Source: a virus (lineage: Duplodnaviria > Caudoviricetes). From it: a DNA stretch of 39,644 bases. Within the stretch, counting starts at the first letter, position 1. Each line of letters begins with the position of its first letter. The stretch spans positions 1 to 39,644 of the IMG/VR virus record IMGVR_UViG_3300009550_000529; one strand, written 5' to 3'. The notes beneath the pieces are model-generated. The model was not told the DNA's origin, ran no database searches, and saw nothing but the letters and a program-made list of their open reading frames with translations. The position numbers were made by a program, and so were the translations under genes. Positions 17,302 to 24,985 of the stretch are shown here, one piece after another.

Positions 17302-19863
17302 ATGAATTTTTACACAAATGTATCTCGTTATGGCAATATGCTACTATATCGTGGCGTAGAAAATGGCAAACGTGTACAAAAGAAAATCAAATACAAACCT
17401 ACACTTTTCGTAGGTACAAACAAAGCAACCAAATGGAAATCTCTCGATGGGGTTCCAGTTGCTCCTGTCCAGTTCGAATCTATGCGTGATGCTAAGAATT
17501 GGATTCAGGAAAACCAACACGTTGCAGGCAGATACATCTTTGGTAATACTAGATACCAATCCTGTCTTATCAACGATTTGTTTCCTGGGCATATACAGTT
17601 CGATAGAAACCTAATCAACGTAACCACTATCGATATAGAAGTCCAGTCAGACGATGGCTTCCCAGAACCTGGCGAAGCACTTAAACAGGTTACGGCAATC
17701 ACAATCAAAAACAATATTGACAATACATATTACGTTTGGGGGTTAGGCGACTACGATGTAGAAAAATCATATATGAAAACTAATCGTGTGGTCTATAAAA
17801 ATTGTCCCACCGAAAAAGATCTATTAGTATCTTTCATAGACCACTGGTCAACCCCGTCTAATACCCCAGACATCGTTACTGGATGGAACTCTAAGTTCTT
17901 CGATATACCTTATTTGGTCAATCGTATACGCAGAGTGTTCGGTCCAGATCTTGGCGAAGAGAACATTAAAAAGCTTTCCCCTTGGGGCATGGTCGAACGA
18001 AGAGAAGCTCGCATCGCATATAAATCTATGAACCGCGATGAAACGTATGAATTCCAGGGTATAACCCAAATGGATTATATGGAAGTATTCAAAAAGTTTG
18101 GCTATGCCTACGGTCAACAAGAATCATATTCCCTTAATAATATTGCTCACGTTGTACTAGACGAAGCTAAACTATCTTACGAAGAACACGGTTCTTTATT
18201 CAACCTATACAAAAACGACTTCCAAAAGTTTATTGACTATAACATAAAAGACGTAGAACTTGTAGATAGGTTCGAAGATAAAATGGGTCTAATTACTTTG
18301 GCCCTAACTATAGCTTACAAAGGTGGTGTTAACTATCAAGACGTATTTGGTACTACTGCAATATGGGACACAATCATTTACAGGGATTTGTATTCAGATA
18401 ACGTTGTGGTTCCGTTTCCAAAAGACCAAGAGAAAGGTGATTACCCAGGTGGTTATGTAAAAGAACCCCAAGTTGGTATGCATGACCACGTAGTTAGTTT
18501 CGATCTTAATTCACTATATCCTTCTTTGATTATGCAATACAATATGTCACCAGAGACTATTGCTAACGGAGAAATGGTTAATGTTAATGTAGATAGTATG
18601 CTAGAAGGTAATCAAAACGTGTACAAAGATGGTATGGGTCTTTGTGCAAATGGCCAATACTTCCATACAACCAAACAAGGTGTACTTCCTAAGATCATCG
18701 AAGAAATGTACGGTGAAAGAGTTGGTGTTAAGAAGGACATGTTAAAGTCACAGAAAGAATTGCAGAAGGTTGATAGCAATGACAAACAAGAAACGTACCG
18801 TATACAACGTGATATATCAATCGCGGAGAATAGGCAAATGGCAATTAAGATTCTTCTTAATAGTTTATATGGTGCTTTGGGTAATCGTTATTTTAGATTC
18901 TTCGACCAAAGAGTTGCAGAAGCCATTACCCTATCCGGGCAGCTCATCATCAGATGGGGAGAGAACGCAATTAATCAATACCTAAATAACCTACTTAAGA
19001 CTGACAAAGACTACGTATTAGCAATCGATACAGATTCTTTATATATTGGATTAGGTCCATTAGTAGAAAAGTTCGGTCCAGCTAATCCTATAGACTTCTT
19101 GGATAATGTTTGTAAAGAACTAGAAAATGTATTTGTAGAATCCTATGAAACATTGTTCCAAAGATATGGTGGAATAGAAAACAAAATGGTTATGGGCAGA
19201 GAGGTTATTGCAGATAGAGGGATATACCTAGCTAAGAAAAGATATATTCTAAATGTTGTAGACAACGAAGGTGTTAGGTACAAAGTTCCAAAGATTAAAA
19301 CAACTGGCGTAGAAGCCAACAAAAGTTCTACACCCGAAGTTTGCAGAGAGGCACTAAAAGAAATCTTTAAAGTTATTATTGCTTCAGACGAAGAAACAGT
19401 ACAGAAAGCAATCAAACAATTCAAAGAACATTTCTTTAGTCTTCCCCCGCACGAGGTCGCGTTCCCGCGTGGCGCGAACAATATAACTGGTTTCCAAGAC
19501 GTAGTCACATGGAAGAACCAAGCAGGAGATACGGTCAAGAACTACACATACAAGAAAGGTACACCGATCCATGTTCGTGGTGCATTACTTTACAATTGGC
19601 GTAGAAAAGAATTAGCTCTTAAGAATTATCCAGAACTAAGAAATGGTGACAAACTAAAATTTGTTTACCTACGTATGCCAAACCCAGTCAAAGAAAATGT
19701 AATTGCATTTCCAGATTACTTACCGCAAGAATTTGGTATACATAACTATGTAGATTATGAAATGCAATTCCAAAAAACATTCCTAGATGCAATTAAACCG
19801 ATATTGGATTCTATAGGTTGGAACGCAGAACCAGTTAGTACATTGGAGGATTTCTTTGGATAG
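17302..19863 (+). CDS. gp43: Family B DNA polymerase
   Basis: Exo motifs IDIE, TGWNSKFFDIPY, YNIKD; pol motifs SFDLNSLYPS, KILLNSLYG, AIDTDS; C-terminal clamp-binding LEDFF. Confidence 0.98.
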   Translation: MNFYTNVSRYGNMLLYRGVENGKRVQKKIKYKPTLFVGTNKATKWKSLDGVPVAPVQFESMRDAKNWIQENQHVAGRYIFGNTRYQSCLINDLFPGHIQFDRNLINVTTIDIEVQSDDGFPEPGEALKQVTAITIKNNIDNTYYVWGLGDYDVEKSYMKTNRVVYKNCPTEKDLLVSFIDHWSTPSNTPDIVTGWNSKFFDIPYLVNRIRRVFGPDLGEENIKKLSPWGMVERREARIAYKSMNRDETYEFQGITQMDYMEVFKKFGYAYGQQESYSLNNIAHVVLDEAKLSYEEHGSLFNLYKNDFQKFIDYNIKDVELVDRFEDKMGLITLALTIAYKGGVNYQDVFGTTAIWDTIIYRDLYSDNVVVPFPKDQEKGDYPGGYVKEPQVGMHDHVVSFDLNSLYPSLIMQYNMSPETIANGEMVNVNVDSMLEGNQNVYKDGMGLCANGQYFHTTKQGVLPKIIEEMYGERVGVKKDMLKSQKELQKVDSNDKQETYRIQRDISIAENRQMAIKILLNSLYGALGNRYFRFFDQRVAEAITLSGQLIIRWGENAINQYLNNLLKTDKDYVLAIDTDSLYIGLGPLVEKFGPANPIDFLDNVCKELENVFVESYETLFQRYGGIENKMVMGREVIADRGIYLAKKRYILNVVDNEGVRYKVPKIKTTGVEANKSSTPEVCREALKEIFKVIIASDEETVQKAIKQFKEHFFSLPPHEVAFPRGANNITGFQDVVTWKNQAGDTVKNYTYKKGTPIHVRGALLYNWRRKELALKNYPELRNGDKLKFVYLRMPNPVKENVIAFPDYLPQEFGIHNYVDYEMQFQKTFLDAIKPILDSIGWNAEPVSTLEDFFG

Positions 19864-19867
19864 AGTA

Positions 19868-20197
19868 ATGACCACATTGAGAAAGGTAATCTACGTTGGC
19901 ACTGAGCCAGGTAACTTTCCACCTAGTAAATCACCAACTATTAAAAGAATAACTAAATGGTCAGATAGAGCTGGTTTATTAAATTGGTCCTGGACTAATA
20001 TGTCGGATCCCGAACATTTAGAGAAGATAAAAGGGTGTAAGGTTATTGCAATGGGAAATGATGTTGCAAAACACTTTACTAAATATAATATAGAACATTT
20101 AAAAGTTCCACACCCCAGCGGACTTAACCGTATGTGGAACGATCCTGAACTTGAGCCTAAGGTGATAGAGGAAATTAGGGGATTTACAAACTCATGA
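19868..20197 (+). CDS. Minimal uracil-DNA-glycosylase-superfamily protein
   Basis: IYVGTEPG (motif A-like), VIAMGNDVA, VPHPSGLNR (motif B); about 110 aa; start 19868 or 19856. Confidence 0.6.
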   Translation: MTTLRKVIYVGTEPGNFPPSKSPTIKRITKWSDRAGLLNWSWTNMSDPEHLEKIKGCKVIAMGNDVAKHFTKYNIEHLKVPHPSGLNRMWNDPELEPKVIEEIRGFTNS

Positions 20198-20211
20198 AAC
20201 TATGGTATAAT
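20178..20211 (+). promoter_or_regulatory. sigma70-type promoter
   Basis: GGGGA-TTTACA(20183-20188)-N17-TATAAT(20206-20211). Confidence 0.78.
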
Positions 20212-20222
20212 GGAGACCAATT

Positions 20223-20510
20223 ATGAAAATTAAATTGCTTAGATTAGTGTCCGGCGAAGAAATCATTGCTGAGATTACTAATTCAACCGAAGATAGTTAT
20301 CAAATAAAAGATGCTATTGTTATGATACCAGCTGGAGAAGGTAAACTAGGATTTATGCCTTGGATGCCTTACACAAAAGCTGCGGACGGGGTATCAGTCA
20401 GAAAACAAGATGTTATGTTTACGATTGACCCAATAGAAGATTTAGTAGATCAATTTAGAACTGCTAGGTCTGGAATAGAAACACCACCAAAAGGAATCAT
20501 TACAGGATGA
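20223..20510 (+). CDS. Sm/LSm-like fold conserved T4-like protein
   Basis: KLLRLVSGEEIIAEI...LGFMPWMPYT; resembles 5553..5936. Confidence 0.65.
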   Translation: MKIKLLRLVSGEEIIAEITNSTEDSYQIKDAIVMIPAGEGKLGFMPWMPYTKAADGVSVRKQDVMFTIDPIEDLVDQFRTARSGIETPPKGIITG

Positions 20511-20923
20511 GAAACTATAATAACTGGGTGAGAGATATAGAAGCCATGCAGGATAAGTATGGTATTAAAGATTGGATGGAAGATCCTGCAAATAAGGATA
20601 AGCTAAAAGACTTTATGGCATTTCGAATAGAATTCCTAAAAGAAGAATTCGAAGAAACAATCCAGGCTTTCAAAGATAAAGACCCAGAAGAGTTAATAGA
20701 TGGACACATTGATTTATGTGTTATTGCTATTGGAACGCTATTGGCGTTCGGTGTTGATGCCCAAGAAGCTTGGGACAGAGTACACAAAGCTAATATGGCC
20801 AAAGAGGTTGGTGTCAAACCTGGCAGACCAAACCCACTTGGATTACCAGATTTAGTTAAACCAGAAGGTTGGGAATCACCTTCACATTCGGGACTATATG
20901 GAAATCTCACTGACAATATTTGA
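20507..20923 (+). CDS. MazG-like/PRA-PH-type all-alpha NTP pyrophosphohydrolase
   Basis: FLKEEFEET...ELIDGHIDL (EE..E / E..D..D), AWDRVHKANMAK, DLVKPEGW..P. Confidence 0.82.
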   Translation: MRNYNNWVRDIEAMQDKYGIKDWMEDPANKDKLKDFMAFRIEFLKEEFEETIQAFKDKDPEELIDGHIDLCVIAIGTLLAFGVDAQEAWDRVHKANMAKEVGVKPGRPNPLGLPDLVKPEGWESPSHSGLYGNLTDNI

Positions 20924-21815
20924 TTCGATATACGATAATAAAACCGCAAAAAGAATGAACTATGATTCTTTCGAAGAGTTTGAAACAGTGCTCTATAGAT
21001 TAGCTGATTCTAAAAAGTATCTAAAAAAACAAGATGCACCATTAATTAGTCCTGCGGTTTATAAACCAGATACAACTCGCGCTAACGATAACGTTGTCGC
21101 ATGGGGTGGTTTCGGTATATTAAATGTTGATGATTTTAAAGGTGATATAAAAGATATAGAAAAAAAATATGAAGCTTATAAGTACATTTGTTATAGCACT
21201 GCAAGTTCTACTACTGATAACCCTAAGTTCAGGCTTGTGTTTCCTCTTACTGAATGGGTTAATGCTGATTCTATCAAGCATTTTTGGTACGCATTAAATA
21301 AAGAGATTGGTGATATAGCCGATGCACAAACAAAAGATTTGTCCCGTATGTATTATGTTCCTTCATCATATCAAAATTCATTTAACTTTATATTCTCCCA
21401 TGATGGTGATATAATGGATCCAAATGAACTTATGAAGAAACATAGATATGTAGTTCCACAACAAAGTTTCTATGAACGATTACCCGATGCAATTAAAAAA
21501 GGTTTAATGGAACACCGTAAATCCCAATTAACAAATACTAATATATCTTGGACAGGATATAAAGATTGTCCGTTTGTAAATCAAAAGAAAGTAGAAGATT
21601 ATAAAGGATTAACTGAAGGTTGGTATTATGCAATGTATCAATTAATGGTTAGTATAGCTGGAAATGCTATTGGTCAAGGTTATCCTATAACTGCAAAAGA
21701 AATAGAATATCTTATTAGAGATTTAGATTCTGAAACTGGTAATTGGTATTTAAAACGTCCAATTGATAAAGAAGCAGAACGTGCTATTGAATTTGTATAC
21801 AGGAAAAATATATGA
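20898..21815 (+). CDS. AEP/PrimPol-like primase domain plus C-terminal helical domain
   Basis: ISPAVY, RANDNV, ILNVDD (motif I), YSTASS...PKFRLVFPL (motif II), D.QTKDLSRMYYVP (motif III). Confidence 0.7.
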   Translation: MEISLTIFDSIYDNKTAKRMNYDSFEEFETVLYRLADSKKYLKKQDAPLISPAVYKPDTTRANDNVVAWGGFGILNVDDFKGDIKDIEKKYEAYKYICYSTASSTTDNPKFRLVFPLTEWVNADSIKHFWYALNKEIGDIADAQTKDLSRMYYVPSSYQNSFNFIFSHDGDIMDPNELMKKHRYVVPQQSFYERLPDAIKKGLMEHRKSQLTNTNISWTGYKDCPFVNQKKVEDYKGLTEGWYYAMYQLMVSIAGNAIGQGYPITAKEIEYLIRDLDSETGNWYLKRPIDKEAERAIEFVYRKNI

Positions 21816-22345
21816 CAAAAAATAAATACATGAATAAAGAATACAAATCATTTTTAATGGGAATGCTTTTTGGTGCATTTCTTATGTTTGTATTACTATT
21901 ACCAACCAATGCGTATGGATACGACGAAAACAATGATAGGTTTTGTTTAGCACAAAACATATACTTTGAAGCGGGAAACCAACCATTTGCTGGGAGGTAT
22001 GCAGTAGGAAATGTAACTATGAATCGTGTAGAAGATTTACAATTCCCTAACACAGTATGTGATGTGGTTTATCAAGCCAAAGAATATAAATTATCTTGGA
22101 CTGGAGAAACTATTCCAGCAAGAGGTATGTGCCAATTTAGTTGGTATTGTGACGGAAAGAGTGACGAACCAAAAGATAGTAAAACATGGATAGAGTCAAT
22201 ACGTATAGCAGATATGATATTAAATGAACCAACAATTGATGTGACATCTGGAGCTTTATGGTATCATGCAGATTACATACGACCATATTGGGCAGATCAT
22301 TTAAAGTATGTTATCACAATCGAAGATCATATCTTCTATAAATAG
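21812..22345 (+). CDS. SleB-like cell wall hydrolase (Hydrolase_2) with N-terminal membrane anchor
   Basis: CLAQNIYFEAGNQP..G..AV..VTMNRV, FPNTVCDVVYQ, CQFSWYCDGKSD, GALWYHADY..PYW, IEDHIFY. Confidence 0.9.
   Translation: MTKNKYMNKEYKSFLMGMLFGAFLMFVLLLPTNAYGYDENNDRFCLAQNIYFEAGNQPFAGRYAVGNVTMNRVEDLQFPNTVCDVVYQAKEYKLSWTGETIPARGMCQFSWYCDGKSDEPKDSKTWIESIRIADMILNEPTIDVTSGALWYHADYIRPYWADHLKYVITIEDHIFYK
22337..22344 (+). promoter_or_regulatory. T4-type late promoter
   Basis: TATAAATA at the SleB stop; GAGG SD follows. Confidence 0.7.
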
Positions 22346-22362
22346 AATTAGAGGAAATAAAT

Positions 22363-22863
22363 ATGCCAAGAAAAAAGAAAAGTGTTAAAGTAGCAAAGAC
22401 CAAAGATGCGGTAATACCACAATCAGAAACAACTACAGTCACAAAGGTTAAAAGCATTCCTGATAAACAAGATGAGCTTGAATTTTTAGGTGAATGGTTA
22501 GCAAAAGAATATTTGTCTATTGAATTGAATTACGATCCTTTAGAAGAACACCACATAACAAGAAATAATAAACTACAATCTTGCGATGGAAAAGATCCAA
22601 ATGGAAGAACAGTAGAGGTTAGAACTAAGAAAAGATCTAATACTAATTTCGTATTAACTAAAGATGATTTAGAATCATTTAATAATGCAGAAAGATGTAT
22701 TATATGTGAATATGGAGATTCTAATACCATTGGAATGTGGGAGATTTTAGATAGAGAAGTTGTAGAGAAGAACAAACAAATTAGACTTCCTATTAAACAA
22801 TTACAATTATTGCTCTCCTTCGATAACGAAGAATTTGCAAACAAGATGAGAGCTAAGGGGTAA
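22363..22863 (+). CDS. Hypothetical protein, possible degenerate PD-(D/E)XK fold
   Basis: LGE helix, CDG....G.TVEVRT (R at the K position); basic N-terminus. Confidence 0.45.
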   Translation: MPRKKKSVKVAKTKDAVIPQSETTTVTKVKSIPDKQDELEFLGEWLAKEYLSIELNYDPLEEHHITRNNKLQSCDGKDPNGRTVEVRTKKRSNTNFVLTKDDLESFNNAERCIICEYGDSNTIGMWEILDREVVEKNKQIRLPIKQLQLLLSFDNEEFANKMRAKG

Positions 22864-22865
22864 AC

Positions 22866-23291
22866 ATGTACGAATATATGGCAACAATAACAAGAGTAGT
22901 TGATGGAGATACAGCTAAGGTAGATATAGATCTAGGGTTTGGTATGTCTTACAAAAATCAAACTGTAAGATTTTATGGTATTGATACAGAAGAATCCAGA
23001 ACAAGAGACCTTACAGAAAAATGGTATGGAAAGTTAGCTGCACAATATGTGAAAGATAGATTGATTGTAGGAGAGAAATATAAAATGACTACATCAATTA
23101 GTAAAGGAAAGTTCGGAAGAATATTAGGAACTTTCTATTGTGAAGATGAAAATGGTGAATATAACCTTAATGAAAGAATGGTCGAAATGAGTCATGCAGT
23201 TGCATATCACGGTCAATCTAAAGAAGAAATCCAGGAAGGACATATCGCTAATAGACAAAGATTAGCACAAAGGGGTTTACAACCAGACTAA
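22866..23291 (+). CDS. Thermonuclease (SNase-like)
   Basis: RVVDGDT...IDLGF, VRFYGIDTEESRT, GKFGRILG, LNERMVE..HAV.Y. Confidence 0.88.
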   Translation: MYEYMATITRVVDGDTAKVDIDLGFGMSYKNQTVRFYGIDTEESRTRDLTEKWYGKLAAQYVKDRLIVGEKYKMTTSISKGKFGRILGTFYCEDENGEYNLNERMVEMSHAVAYHGQSKEEIQEGHIANRQRLAQRGLQPD

Positions 23292-23304
23292 ACTATGATA
23301 TAAT
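23272..23304 (+). promoter_or_regulatory. sigma70-type promoter
   Basis: GGGG-TTTACA(23276-23281)-N17-TATAAT(23299-23304); ATG 7 nt downstream. Confidence 0.75.
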
Positions 23305-23311
23305 ATACATT

Positions 23312-23800
23312 ATGAATTTAATTGAAACCTTTGGAATAAATATAGAAACAACTTTTACAATAGATGACTTAAACCAAGAAAGCTTAGATTGGGTTGAGTC
23401 TGAAGCTTCCCGATTCGCATCAGACGTAATCGACAATGAAGCAAGTCGCTATTCATTAACAGGAAAACCTAGATCCTACGATGAAATCAAAAGAGACGCA
23501 ACGCACGGTTTAGTCGCAGAAGCCTATCTTATGGAACACTGCGGTTATACCAACAACCCTAGAAAGTGGCATGACCTTATTACTCAGGCAGGTATAGAAA
23601 CTGAAATAAAAACCTATAATGGATATAGCGAAGTTACAAGGTTTAATCAGATCCTAAAACTTGAAAGAAGAAAAACTAAATACCCACATGTTCTTATGTT
23701 TAAAAGACTTGATGGTGTATATACGTTTGACTCTTATTGGACACATAATGATGATAAAAAAGTATATGATGCAATCATTGAAACCGGTACTACACACTAA
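23312..23800 (+). CDS. Hypothetical protein, probable PD-(D/E)XK nuclease fold
   Basis: GLVAEAYL helix, HDLI....IETEIKT gives an E / D / ExK pattern. Confidence 0.55.
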   Translation: MNLIETFGINIETTFTIDDLNQESLDWVESEASRFASDVIDNEASRYSLTGKPRSYDEIKRDATHGLVAEAYLMEHCGYTNNPRKWHDLITQAGIETEIKTYNGYSEVTRFNQILKLERRKTKYPHVLMFKRLDGVYTFDSYWTHNDDKKVYDAIIETGTTH

Positions 23801-23892
23801 TGAACCACGAAGACTACTTACCTCTTTCACTCTTATTAATTTTATTAATGGTATTGATTTACGGACCATTAATAAGATCTATAATTTATTAA
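23800..23892 (+). CDS. Small single-TM protein (30 aa)
   Basis: MNHEDYLPLSLLLILLMVLIYGPLIRSIIY*; TAATG overlap with the upstream stop; not in the ORF track. Confidence 0.5.
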   Translation: MNHEDYLPLSLLLILLMVLIYGPLIRSIIY

Positions 23893-23898
23893 GCCCTA

Positions 23899-23931
23899 GG
23901 GGTTTACTTTTATTTAAAACTACGGTATAAT
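23899..23931 (+). promoter_or_regulatory. sigma70-type promoter for the modification operon
   Basis: GGGG-TTTACT(23903-23908)-N17-TATAAT(23926-23931). Confidence 0.78.
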
Positions 23932-23940
23932 GGAGATATT

Positions 23941-24276
23941 ATGAAACCTTTAAATATATTAAAAACAGCTGCCGATCTTATTGTTAAGAAAGGCAATGAC
24001 TATCAGAATCCTAAATCTAGGATCAAACAAGCAGACTACTATCCAAATGGTGCACAAACTATTTTAGATATTATGACTGGTAAAGTTAATCGTATGCACT
24101 CTGTATTAGATGCTATGAAAGACGATGAAAACTATGTAGAAAATTTCGAATCACTTCATGATTCAGCTATCGACCTAATTAACTATGCTGCTTTCTTTTC
24201 AGCGTATTTAGACCACGATATAGATGGCCAAGATTCAAGTCGTGATATATTCAATCGGGTGAAAGATGAATCTTAA
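23941..24276 (+). CDS. Nucleotide-modification-associated (Nmad1/DUF1599-like, MazG-superfamily) protein
   Basis: AADLIVKKGNDY...K..R...ESLHDSAIDLINYAAF pattern (K..DY / K..R / DS..DL.NY). Confidence 0.65.
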   Translation: MKPLNILKTAADLIVKKGNDYQNPKSRIKQADYYPNGAQTILDIMTGKVNRMHSVLDAMKDDENYVENFESLHDSAIDLINYAAFFSAYLDHDIDGQDSSRDIFNRVKDES

Positions 24277-24985
24277 AGAAGGCTTATATAAATTACGTAA
24301 AGACCTTTTAGAAAAAGGTTATGAAATAGATACCGAAAGGTGGCAAGGTGCTACAGAACATCCCACGTTCTTAGAAATATTACATGCAGATATGCAAGCA
24401 GAAATGTACAATGATCCACAAGAAGCTAGTACAGAATTAGGTGCAGCACAACCTTGGGCAGACGAACACTTTGAAGAACGTGTTGGGGGTATACCTTGTA
24501 ACCCACCACCAAGTCATGTACACTGGTTAAAAGATACAGACAAATATCTAATGGATGAAGCATTCTCTCATTCATATCCAGAACGTATGTGGCAAGATAC
24601 AGAACAAATGGGTGTTAGATTTAATATAGCTAATCTAAATACCGCAGTAGAATTACTAAAGAAAGAACCAACAACAAGACAATGTTATATTCCTATTTGG
24701 TTTCCTGAAGATGGTACGGCCGCTCTCGCGGGCGAACGCGTTCCGTGCACGTTCGGGTGGCACTTTATGATTAGACATGGAAAACTACATTGTGCTTATC
24801 ACATGCGTTCTTGCGACGTTATGCGACATCTACATAATGACTTATACTTTGCTAATTGTTTGGCCTTATGGTTAATAGAACAAGCAGATCTAGATGTAGT
24901 ACCAGGAACAATACACTTTAGTGCTAGCTCTCTACATTGTTTTGTAGTAGATAAATATTCTTTAAATCAATTTGTAAACGGATAA
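24266..24985 (+). CDS. Thymidylate-synthase-fold enzyme, dCMP-hydroxymethylase-like
   Basis: SYPER, LLKKEPTTRQ..IPIW, RVPCT (catalytic Cys), YHMRSCD, HNDL (Asp at the E. coli N177 position), SLH. Confidence 0.82.
   Translation: MNLKEGLYKLRKDLLEKGYEIDTERWQGATEHPTFLEILHADMQAEMYNDPQEASTELGAAQPWADEHFEERVGGIPCNPPPSHVHWLKDTDKYLMDEAFSHSYPERMWQDTEQMGVRFNIANLNTAVELLKKEPTTRQCYIPIWFPEDGTAALAGERVPCTFGWHFMIRHGKLHCAYHMRSCDVMRHLHNDLYFANCLALWLIEQADLDVVPGTIHFSASSLHCFVVDKYSLNQFVNG

Noticed and set aside
17302-19863. Intron, intein or split in gp43, and stop-codon reassignment generally
   Set aside because: gp43 is one continuous 853-aa ORF of normal size; core genes are full length in the standard code, and TAA, TAG and TGA are all used as stops
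23661-23930. 89-aa + strand ORF
   Set aside because: Overlaps 23312..23800 and a promoter; the coupled 30-aa TM ORF 23800..23892 explains the gap better
24266-24985. Calling this gene ordinary thymidylate synthase (td/thyA)
   Set aside because: Asp rather than Asn at the specificity position, divergent folate motifs and an operon context that point to a modification enzyme
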